DNA of 64,000 bases from positions 3,936,001-4,000,000 of the forward strand of contig JASGHG010000001.1 in assembly GCA_047602425.1 (NCBI GenBank). The letters run 5' to 3'. The notes under the pieces are model-generated. The model did no database searches and was not told the origin of the DNA. It saw nothing but the letters and a program-made list of their open reading frames with translations. This DNA comes from Nibricoccus sp. (GTDB taxonomy: Bacteria > Verrucomicrobiota > Verrucomicrobiia > Opitutales > Opitutaceae). The position numbers were made by a program, and so were the translations under genes. Shown piece after piece: positions 1 through 7,551 of the stretch; the first letter of the stretch is position 1, and each line of letters opens with the position of its first letter.

Positions 1-436
1 AAAGCGCGCGGATGATGAGCCATGGCAGCACCGGTGCGGCGAACACCAAGGTGAGAAACTTAACGACCGGATAGGCGGCGCCGAAAAAGGCGTAGCCGAG
101 AAAAAGCACGAAAACGATGGCGTTGCCGGCCAGCAGTCTTTTGGGCTCGGCCGTGTAGTCAAAAGCGTGACCGAGCAGACGGGTATGGCCGTAGAAGTAC
201 CTTTTTTTGCGGACCTTGGCCCAGGCCGCGTAGACCCCGAAAGTGGCGAGAGTCAGAAACGTATTAACGATCCAAATACGAAAGTACTCGCGGTGATTGG
301 CGGTGAATTCAAAACTCCAAACCGTCGGTTTGGGTGGAGGCAATGATTCGGGCGGTGGCGGGATTATCTCGCCGGCCAACGATTGCAGTGGAGGGGTGAG
401 GGCGGGGTCGACCTCTTGTGGGGCTGGATCTCCCAT
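1..436 (-). CDS. YjgN/DUF898 family inner membrane protein (5' part; runs off window)
   Basis: Manual translation from ATG at 436: MGDPAP...FEFTANHREYFRIWIVNTFLTLATFGVYAAWAKVRKKRYFYGHT, the typical DUF898 N-terminal motif; not in the ORF track because it is truncated. Confidence 0.85.
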   Translation of the reverse strand, partial: MGDPAPQEVDPALTPPLQSLAGEIIPPPPESLPPPKPTVWSFEFTANHREYFRIWIVNTFLTLATFGVYAAWAKVRKKRYFYGHTRLLGHAFDYTAEPKRLLAGNAIVFVLFLGYAFFGAAYPVVKFLTLVFAAPVLPWLIIRAL

Positions 437-784
437 TTCTCAAGGTTGCCGATTTATTCGTCGCAGGGAAAGGCCGAACTGCGCAGTTTCGAGGACGGAG
501 CCGAGGGGTTGCGTGGCGATTTTCGTTGATCCGGCGGGGCTTTTGCCGGAGGCGGTTAGTTTCGCATGAGCGGCAGCTGACGACAGAGATTGCCGGTTGC
601 TCGCACTCACGCCTGCCCATCGGTCTGCCATGGGGTCGGTGGCCTGGCCGGCGGGAAAAGGAGAACATCGGATAGGAGAAACACCCCGGAAATCGGGGAT
701 ATGGTTTTGTTTTTACCGGCGTTGGCTTGACGGTTCGCAGGCGTCCGGCATTTCCTTCCCCGGCACACGAGAACTGTACCCCCT

Positions 785-1531
785 ATGAATTCTTCCGCAT
801 CCCGCAGGTTGCTGGTAGTTGAAGACGAGCCGTTGGTGGCGAACAGCCTCATGCTCGTTTTGCGGCGGTTGGGCTACACGGTGGTCGCGCTGGTCGACAA
901 CGGCGAGGAGGCGGTGAAACTCACTTTTTCCCTCGTGCCCGATCTCGTGCTGATGGACATCAACCTGCGTGGAAAAATGGATGGCTCGGAAGCGGCGCGG
1001 CAGATCCGGCTGACGACGGGCCGCCCGGTGGTTTTTCTCTCCGGGCATTCGGATCCCTTGACGTTGAAAAAGGCGCGCGAGTGCGAGCCCTACGGTTTCA
1101 TTCTAAAACCCTTCGGAGAACGCGAACTGCTCGTGCAGATTGATCTAGCTATTCACCGGCACGAAGTGGAAACGCAGCGCGAACTGGCGCGGCGCGAATT
1201 GGAAATTGCAGAGGAAAAACTCAAGTCCATGCGCGGACTTTTACCGGTATGTGCTGGTTGCAAAAAAATCCAGGAAGCCAACGGCAAGTGGCTGGCTCTG
1301 GAAGATTATTTCAAGCAGCACGCGAACATCGAGTGTACGCACGGCTTTTGTCCCGATTGCGAAGGACGGCTTTACGGCACGCATTCGCGGGCGCCCTTTC
1401 CCTACGTGCTGCCGATTTTGCAGTCGGCCGAGCAGTTACCTCTCACGGTCGACAGCCCGCCGCCGGAAACCGGCACGAAAAAGCCCGCGACCAAAAAGCC
1501 GCGGGCGAAAGAAAACGAAAAAGGGAGCTAA
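785..1531 (+). CDS. Response regulator (receiver + C-terminal CxxC...HxxCxxC domain)
   Basis: LLVVEDE...PDLVLMDINL...FILKPF receiver; C-terminal LPVCAGCKKI...THGFCPDC. Confidence 0.88.
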   Translation: MNSSASRRLLVVEDEPLVANSLMLVLRRLGYTVVALVDNGEEAVKLTFSLVPDLVLMDINLRGKMDGSEAARQIRLTTGRPVVFLSGHSDPLTLKKARECEPYGFILKPFGERELLVQIDLAIHRHEVETQRELARRELEIAEEKLKSMRGLLPVCAGCKKIQEANGKWLALEDYFKQHANIECTHGFCPDCEGRLYGTHSRAPFPYVLPILQSAEQLPLTVDSPPPETGTKKPATKKPRAKENEKGS

Positions 1532-1533
1532 GC

Positions 1534-1764
1534 TCAGGCTTTCTCGACGAGGCCGGCTTTAATGGCCTTGACCGAGACGAGGACGCGCTTGGTGCCGCCA
1601 TTCGCGAGCTTGATGCGGATGCGCTGGAGGTTAGGCCGGAATTTGCGCTTCGTGATGCTGGTCACGTGCGTGCCGATGCCGCCGCTCTTCTTGGACTGAC
1701 CTTTACGGTTGATGCTGTTGCCCTTGACGGGGCGTTTGCCTGTGATTGCACAAATTCTGGCCAT
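1534..1764 (-). CDS. rpmB: 50S ribosomal protein L28
   Basis: MARICAITGKRPVKGNSI...KRKFRPNLQ; start corrected to ATG at 1764. Confidence 0.95.
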   Translation of the reverse strand: MARICAITGKRPVKGNSINRKGQSKKSGGIGTHVTSITKRKFRPNLQRIRIKLANGGTKRVLVSVKAIKAGLVEKA

Positions 1765-1839
1765 GGTTTCGAGTTGGTTAAAGGGTCGTGAGTAAAGGGC
1801 GGCACTCCCGCGAAGCAAGGGGAAACTTTGAACGACGAA

Positions 1840-2895
1840 TCATTGGCGTAAAGCCCACAGGACCTGAAACTTTTGTCCGAGGTGGTGGAGCAGTTGGAGC
1901 AGGCCGAGCTTGCGTTGGCTCAATTGCGACGCCTCGGCGGCCACGGTAGCGGACATAAAATCGGCGGCGCGGCGGATCAAAAAGGCTTCTTGGGTCTCCA
2001 ATTGCGGCGGGGCGAAACCGGCCCCCGCGAGCTTATCGGCGAGCCAATCCCAGCAAATGTGGCAGGTCAGATCCTGTTGGCCGGGGCGGGCGAGCAGATC
2101 GTTGGACTGCTGGTGTTGGAAATACGCGCGGGCGGTCCCAGCCGGAGTCGCGGCGATGAGCTCGCGCCAGGATTTCCCGTAGTCAAAAGCGAGAAATAAC
2201 CCTGTCCAAGGTTGTGCGGAAATTTGTTCGGCGAGCGCGACGGAGGCCAGCGGCAGATCGATGCGGTAGCCTTCGGGCGCGACGGTGGGAAGGGTGGAAA
2301 ACAGGGATGCGATTGCGCCGGGCGCCGAGAGACTAGAAGGAGAGGTCAAGGCAGCGACGGGAGCGAGTGCGATTTCGCGGAGTTCGCCAGAAAGAAGTTG
2401 CACGCCCATTTCGTACCAGGATCCGCCTTGAAACTGAAGGCGTCGAAACGGCTGCGCGTCGAACAGCTCGTTGGAAAACACGACGCAACGTCCTGAAAGC
2501 GCAACCGTTTCCCCAATACGAATGTTGCGGGTGGCACCGAACGAATGTTGGGCACCGGCAAGGATGCCGGCTCCGGGCTCCGCGCCGAGTTCGACGAAGG
2601 TGTAGTCTTTGAGTTTTTCCTGACCAAGCAACGACCGGCAGGCTGCGTGGACAAGTTCGCCAAAAAGCGGCCCCGTGGAGGTCGCGGTGTAAAAATCCGT
2701 GCCGCGGCCGTAACCAACGCGTTTTTTTTCAGCCCGGTAATAACCCACGGCGGGATGGTACAGCGCGAGCGACATGAACCGATCGAATGACATCGCTCCG
2801 GCCTCGCCGGCTTCTGCGCGAAAAACGGCCTGAAACTCGGGCGAGGGGCGGCGATCTTGAGCGGCGGAGGTGGGCATGGAGGAAGTTTGCGGCAT
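1840..2895 (-). CDS. SAM-dependent methyltransferase, MidA/NDUFAF7 (DUF185) family
   Basis: FDRFMSLALYHP..GYY, DFYTA, ELGA, SNELFDA, DYG, QDLTCH motifs; start uncertain. Confidence 0.88.
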   Translation of the reverse strand: MPQTSSMPTSAAQDRRPSPEFQAVFRAEAGEAGAMSFDRFMSLALYHPAVGYYRAEKKRVGYGRGTDFYTATSTGPLFGELVHAACRSLLGQEKLKDYTFVELGAEPGAGILAGAQHSFGATRNIRIGETVALSGRCVVFSNELFDAQPFRRLQFQGGSWYEMGVQLLSGELREIALAPVAALTSPSSLSAPGAIASLFSTLPTVAPEGYRIDLPLASVALAEQISAQPWTGLFLAFDYGKSWRELIAATPAGTARAYFQHQQSNDLLARPGQQDLTCHICWDWLADKLAGAGFAPPQLETQEAFLIRRAADFMSATVAAEASQLSQRKLGLLQLLHHLGQKFQVLWALRQ

Positions 2896-3039
2896 GAAGT
2901 TGGTTGTAAAACATGCCCCTGCTGCGAGGAAAATGTTCACGTGGAAATCGGCTTCCGCCCTGCTGCGAAAAAATCCTCAGTTTCCAGTCTGGCAAACGAA
3001 CCCATTTACAAACCTCTCCGGATTCGCACAGTCGCCAAC

Positions 3040-4359
3040 ATGGTTAAACGGATCCTCACTATTGCGCTCGGCGTCGTGCTGGGCAGTTGCGTCGCTTTAG
3101 GCGTCGCAAAACTCGCATTTTTGTGGGGACTGTTTTCCGACCGCGATCTCGAACGCTCGTCCGAATACGTACGCGAGGTTCTCCAATTGGTGAACGAAAA
3201 TTACGTCGACGAAAAAGCCGCGCAGTATCCCGCCATCACGCGTGCCGCAATCCATGGCATTGCCGATTCTCTCGATCCGCACACCGAGTTCATGGAGGCC
3301 AAAGACTACAAGCAACTCCAGGAAGACATCAGCAGCGAGTTTGGCGGCGTGGGCATCCAGATTGAGCAACGCAAGAACCGCGTGGTGGTCGTGGCCCCGG
3401 TTGCAGGCGGTCCGAGCGAACGCGCCGGTATCATGCGCGGTGACGAGATCATGACCATCGATGGCCAGAAACTCGAAAAGTTCTCCGTGGATTTCGTCGT
3501 GGGCAAACTTCGCGGCAAACCCAAGTCTCGCGTGAAAATCGGATTTTTCCGTCCGAGCACAAAAAAGGACTATGAGGTTACCATTGTGCGCGAACTGATC
3601 AAAACCGAGAGCGTACGGGACGTTCAATTGCTGCCCGAGGGAATTGGCTACCTTCAGATCACGCAGTTCACCGAGCGCACCGCCGACGAATTCATCAAGG
3701 CGATCAACAAGCTCGCCGAGCAGAAAGCCACAGGCCTTATCATCGATCTGCGCAACAACCCCGGCGGCCTGCTCGATTCCGCTGTGGCCGTGGCTGAGCC
3801 ATTTTTCAAGAAAGGCGACACCATCGTCTACACCCAGGGCCGCAAGCCTGGCGATCGCGAAGACTACAAGGCCGAGTCTGACGAGGCGCCCATCGACGTT
3901 CCGGTCGCCGTGCTCATCAACGCAGGCAGTGCCAGCGCCGCCGAGATCGTAGCCGGCGCGCTCAAGGACACCGGCAAGGCCGTGATTGTCGGTGAGCGTT
4001 CGTTCGGCAAGGGGTCGGTCCAGTCGATCTTCAAGTTGAAAAACGGCGAAGGCATGCGCCTGACCACCGCGAAGTATTTCACGCCCAGCGGCGTGACCAT
4101 CCATGAGAAAGGCGTGCTGCCCAACGTCGAAGTGGTGATGACGCCCGAGGACGATCAAAACGTCCGTCTTCAACGTGCACGCCGCGACGTGAAAGATCCC
4201 TCCGAGTTCAAGGAACGCTTTGGCTTTGAGCCGATCGAGGACCGCCAGCTCCAGGCCGCGATCGACGTTCTTCGCGGTGTCATGATTCTCGAAGAGCGCA
4301 AACCCCAGTCGCCTGCGCCGGCAACTTCCGCCCAACCGGCCGCACCCGCCAGGAAATGA
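3040..4359 (+). CDS. ctpA: Carboxyl-terminal processing protease (S41 family, PDZ)
   Basis: LDPHT, GGVGI PDZ, IIDLRNNPGGLL, SASAAEI, GERSFGKGSVQ; N-terminal TM helix. Confidence 0.93.
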   Translation: MVKRILTIALGVVLGSCVALGVAKLAFLWGLFSDRDLERSSEYVREVLQLVNENYVDEKAAQYPAITRAAIHGIADSLDPHTEFMEAKDYKQLQEDISSEFGGVGIQIEQRKNRVVVVAPVAGGPSERAGIMRGDEIMTIDGQKLEKFSVDFVVGKLRGKPKSRVKIGFFRPSTKKDYEVTIVRELIKTESVRDVQLLPEGIGYLQITQFTERTADEFIKAINKLAEQKATGLIIDLRNNPGGLLDSAVAVAEPFFKKGDTIVYTQGRKPGDREDYKAESDEAPIDVPVAVLINAGSASAAEIVAGALKDTGKAVIVGERSFGKGSVQSIFKLKNGEGMRLTTAKYFTPSGVTIHEKGVLPNVEVVMTPEDDQNVRLQRARRDVKDPSEFKERFGFEPIEDRQLQAAIDVLRGVMILEERKPQSPAPATSAQPAAPARK

Positions 4360-5390
4360 TCCTTGCGCTCGAAACTTCCTGCGACGAGACGGCGGTGGCC
4401 GTGTTCGATCCGGCACGCGGACTGGTGGGAGAATGGGTGCACAGCCAGATCGTGCTGCATGGTCGTTACGGCGGCGTCGTGCCCGACCTCGCCACCCGTG
4501 AACATCTGCGCACCATCGGTCCATTGCTCGAACGCGCCCGGGAAATCACGGACGATTTTCGCACGGTCACAAAATTGGCGGTGACAAATGGTCCGGGACT
4601 CGCCGGCTGCCTTGCCATCGGCACCGCTGCGGCAAAATCGCTTTCGCTGGCGCTCAAACTTCCTTTGGCTGGCGTGAACCACTTGCGTGGGCATGCCTTT
4701 TCGCCCTTCATCGCGCTGCATGCCGAAGCTCCTGCAGCGTTCGACGAGAAATTATCCGCCCTGCTCCCGCACCTCGGCCTAATTGTCTCGGGCGGCAACA
4801 CGCTGCTCTTTCACCTCGATGCGAATCGACGCATCACGATGATCTCCTCGACGCGGGATGACGCGGCGGGCGAGGCGCTCGACAAAGGCGCGAAACTTCT
4901 CGGGCTCGGCTATCCTGGCGGCCCATTGATTGAAAAACAGGCTGCGAACGGCAAAGCCGATGCATTCGATTTTCCGCGTGGCATCGGCCCGCGCAGCGAC
5001 CTCGATTTCAGCTTCTCCGGCCTCAAAACGAGTCTGCGCTATCTGCTCGAAAAAATGTCGCCCGCGGAAATCGCCGCGCGCATGCCTGACCTCTGCGCGA
5101 GCTACCAACAAGCCGTGATCGACGCGCTCGTGCGCAAAACGACCGGAGCGCTGGAGCAAGGCGCTTATGCGAGCATCGGTCTTTCCGGCGGCGTGGCCAA
5201 CAACCGCCCATTGCGCGCCGCGGTGGAAAAACTCGCCTCGAAGCGCCGCCTGCCCGTGCTGATCGCCCAACCCAAACACACCGGCGACAACGCCGGCATG
5301 ATCGCCTTCGCCGCCTGGGCTGACCCAACTGCCACCGCCAGCATCGACTCCGCCGCGCTCAAGATCGAGCCGAGTTTGGCGCTCGGATGA
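4356..5390 (+). CDS. tsaD: tRNA N6-adenosine threonylcarbamoyltransferase
   Basis: ETSCDET, GGVVP, NHLRGH, DDAAGEALDK, FSFSGLKT, GGVANN, DNAGMIA. Confidence 0.96.
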   Translation: MILALETSCDETAVAVFDPARGLVGEWVHSQIVLHGRYGGVVPDLATREHLRTIGPLLERAREITDDFRTVTKLAVTNGPGLAGCLAIGTAAAKSLSLALKLPLAGVNHLRGHAFSPFIALHAEAPAAFDEKLSALLPHLGLIVSGGNTLLFHLDANRRITMISSTRDDAAGEALDKGAKLLGLGYPGGPLIEKQAANGKADAFDFPRGIGPRSDLDFSFSGLKTSLRYLLEKMSPAEIAARMPDLCASYQQAVIDALVRKTTGALEQGAYASIGLSGGVANNRPLRAAVEKLASKRRLPVLIAQPKHTGDNAGMIAFAAWADPTATASIDSAALKIEPSLALG

Positions 5391-5400
5391 ATCATGCTAT

Positions 5401-6036
5401 CTAGATACCCATTCCGTTATTTTTTAGGTCAGCAAGATTGCGCTTAATCCACTCTTTACGATCGCTATCCTGCGTTTGCGCGGGATTGAAATAGAGATCG
5501 TAGAATTTCTCGGCACTGCATGGCAATTGGTCGTATTCCCAAGCGTTGTCTTCGCTATAAATTATTCCGTTTGTTATCTCTGCGAGTGCCGCGGCCAAGA
5601 ATCCATAGCCGAGATTAACTATTGCAGGCTGTCCGGCTGATCGGCGGAAGTACCACCAGCGGCGGGTATTGACGCAGCGCCGAACGTGTGAAGCGATTGA
5701 ACGGGCAGGTTCGTGTACTTTGATTTGCTCTTCCCAACACGCCAAACCCTCCTCGTCCAATATTCTACAATAAGCATCAGAACCGCCGAGTATATCTCCG
5801 AACTGAAACCAGACGTAATTGTCTTCTGGCCAGATCATCGGTGCGTCTCTGCCAATTTCAGATACTTCCTCGTCTTGATTGTGAAGAGTAAAAGTCAGAG
5901 GCGGAATAGTGCCAAGTCCATGTTTGGTCCCAAATTCAGTCAACCGACGATGGGCCAGCATTACCACTTCGGAGAAAATTGGCGGTGTTGTATTTGATGG
6001 GTAAATATCAAATGTAGTCGCCATGAATCTCTTCAA
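5401..6036 (-). CDS. Hypothetical protein (AT-richer than neighbours)
   Basis: 211-aa ORF filling the gap between tsaD and the AKR gene; no recognised motif. Confidence 0.65.
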   Translation of the reverse strand: MKRFMATTFDIYPSNTTPPIFSEVVMLAHRRLTEFGTKHGLGTIPPLTFTLHNQDEEVSEIGRDAPMIWPEDNYVWFQFGDILGGSDAYCRILDEEGLACWEEQIKVHEPARSIASHVRRCVNTRRWWYFRRSAGQPAIVNLGYGFLAAALAEITNGIIYSEDNAWEYDQLPCSAEKFYDLYFNPAQTQDSDRKEWIKRNLADLKNNGMGI

Positions 6037-6064
6037 TTTAGAGAGCGTGTGAGAGGTCTTTTTT

Positions 6065-7066
6065 TTATCCGGCTAGGATTTGTTCGATGGTAGAGAGTTC
6101 GGTGGGGGTGAATGCGAGTTTTTTGATCGCGCCGATGTTGTCGTCGATCTGGCTGACTTTACTGGCGCCGATCAGCGCGGTCGTTACGGCGGGTTGGCGA
6201 AGGACCCAGGCGAGAGCCATTTGGGCGAGGGTCTGGGCGCGGTCTCGGGCGATCTCATCGAGTTGTTTGGTCTTGGTGAGAAGTTCGGGTGTGATGTCGC
6301 CAGCTTTGAGGAAGCGCGGATCGCGGATGGCGCGGGCGTCGGATGGCAGGCCGGCGAAGTAGCGGTTGGTCAGCATGCCCTTGGCCAGCGGAGAGAAAAC
6401 GATGGAGCCGATACCTTCGCGCAGGAGCACGTCGAAGAGTCCGTTTTCGGGCGTGCGTTCGAGCATGCTGTAGCGCGGCTGATGGATGAGGCAGGGTGTG
6501 CCGAGGCGGCGGAGGATGGCGGCGGCTTTGGAGGTTTGCGTGGGGTTGTAGTTGGAAAGGCCGACATAGAGCGCTTTACCGGAACGGACGGCGTGGTCGA
6601 GCGCGCCCATGGTTTCTTCGAGCGGGGTGTCGGGATCGGGGCGATGGCTGTAGAAGATGTCGACGTAGGGTAGACCGAGGCGTTTCAGGCTTTGGTCGAG
6701 GGAGGCGAGGAGATACTTGCGCGAGCCAAAGTTGCCATAGGGGCCGGGCCACATGTCGTAGCCGGCTTTGGTGCTGATGATGAGTTCGTCACGGTGGGCG
6801 GCGAGGTCCTCGCGGAGCACGCGGCCGCAGGTGGACTCGGCGGAGCCGGGAGGCGGGCCATAGTTATTGGCGAGGTCGAAGTGGGTGATCCCAAGGTCGA
6901 AGGCGCGCAGGAGGAGGGCGCGGGAGTTCGTGTAGTCGTCGGTGCCGCCGAAATTGTGCCAAAGGCCGAGGGAGAGCAGCGGGAGTTTGAGGCCGGAGTG
7001 GCCGCAGGTGCGGTAGAGGCCGGGATTGTCGTAACGGGTCGGCGCGGGTTGATAAGGCGAAGACAT
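6065..7066 (-). CDS. Aldo/keto reductase (YghZ/MgrA-like)
   Basis: LSLGLWHNFG, THFDLANNYGPPPGSAE, STKAGYDMWPGPYG, DIFYSHR. Confidence 0.93.
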   Translation of the reverse strand: MSSPYQPAPTRYDNPGLYRTCGHSGLKLPLLSLGLWHNFGGTDDYTNSRALLLRAFDLGITHFDLANNYGPPPGSAESTCGRVLREDLAAHRDELIISTKAGYDMWPGPYGNFGSRKYLLASLDQSLKRLGLPYVDIFYSHRPDPDTPLEETMGALDHAVRSGKALYVGLSNYNPTQTSKAAAILRRLGTPCLIHQPRYSMLERTPENGLFDVLLREGIGSIVFSPLAKGMLTNRYFAGLPSDARAIRDPRFLKAGDITPELLTKTKQLDEIARDRAQTLAQMALAWVLRQPAVTTALIGASKVSQIDDNIGAIKKLAFTPTELSTIEQILAG

Positions 7067-7223
7067 GAAGCGAACCCTAGGCAGGAATCGCGGGTTGTCG
7101 CGTCGGAATTTGTCGTGACGTCAGATGGGCGGCGTGGCGCGGTAGACGGCGAATTTGTTTTAACAAGAGGGAACGAAGAAAACGGAGAGGGAGCGGCAGG
7201 GGCTGCGGGCTAAACCCGAAAGT

Positions 7224-7254
7224 TTGTCATCTAATGGATGACGAGCGTTGCGAG
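7224..7254. repeat. Palindromic ~31-bp repeat, copy 1 (TTGTCATCTAATGGATGACGA-GCGTTGCGAG)
   Basis: Nearly identical to 7446-7476; GTCATC/GATGAC inverted arms. Confidence 0.8.
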
Positions 7255-7445
7255 GACAATCGGTGAAATTTGGTTTTGAGACGAAGGGCGGCGATTCTTT
7301 TCGCGAGAGATGAACTGATAGAAAACGCCGATGGGGCGTGTTTCCGTGCGCGGCTTCGGCCAACGGCCTTCGCGGGGAAATTGTGGCAAATGGCCGATGC
7401 TTTCGAGACAGGCCAAACGCGCCCACTACTACGATGTCGGACGAA

Positions 7446-7476
7446 TTGTCATCTAATGGATGACGAACGTTGTGAG
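7446..7476. repeat. Palindromic ~31-bp repeat, copy 2 (TTGTCATCTAATGGATGACGA-ACGTTGTGAG)
   Basis: Direct repeat of 7224-7254, 222 bp away. Confidence 0.8.
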
Positions 7477-7551
7477 CGGCGACTATTTGGTACTGGGATT
7501 TCGACGGGAAGTGGGGCAGTGATCGCGGATGCGCGGAGGAGACGGTTGGCG

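Noticed and set aside
3097..4524. 475-aa minus-strand ORF
   Set aside because: Antisense shadow of ctpA in GC-rich DNA.
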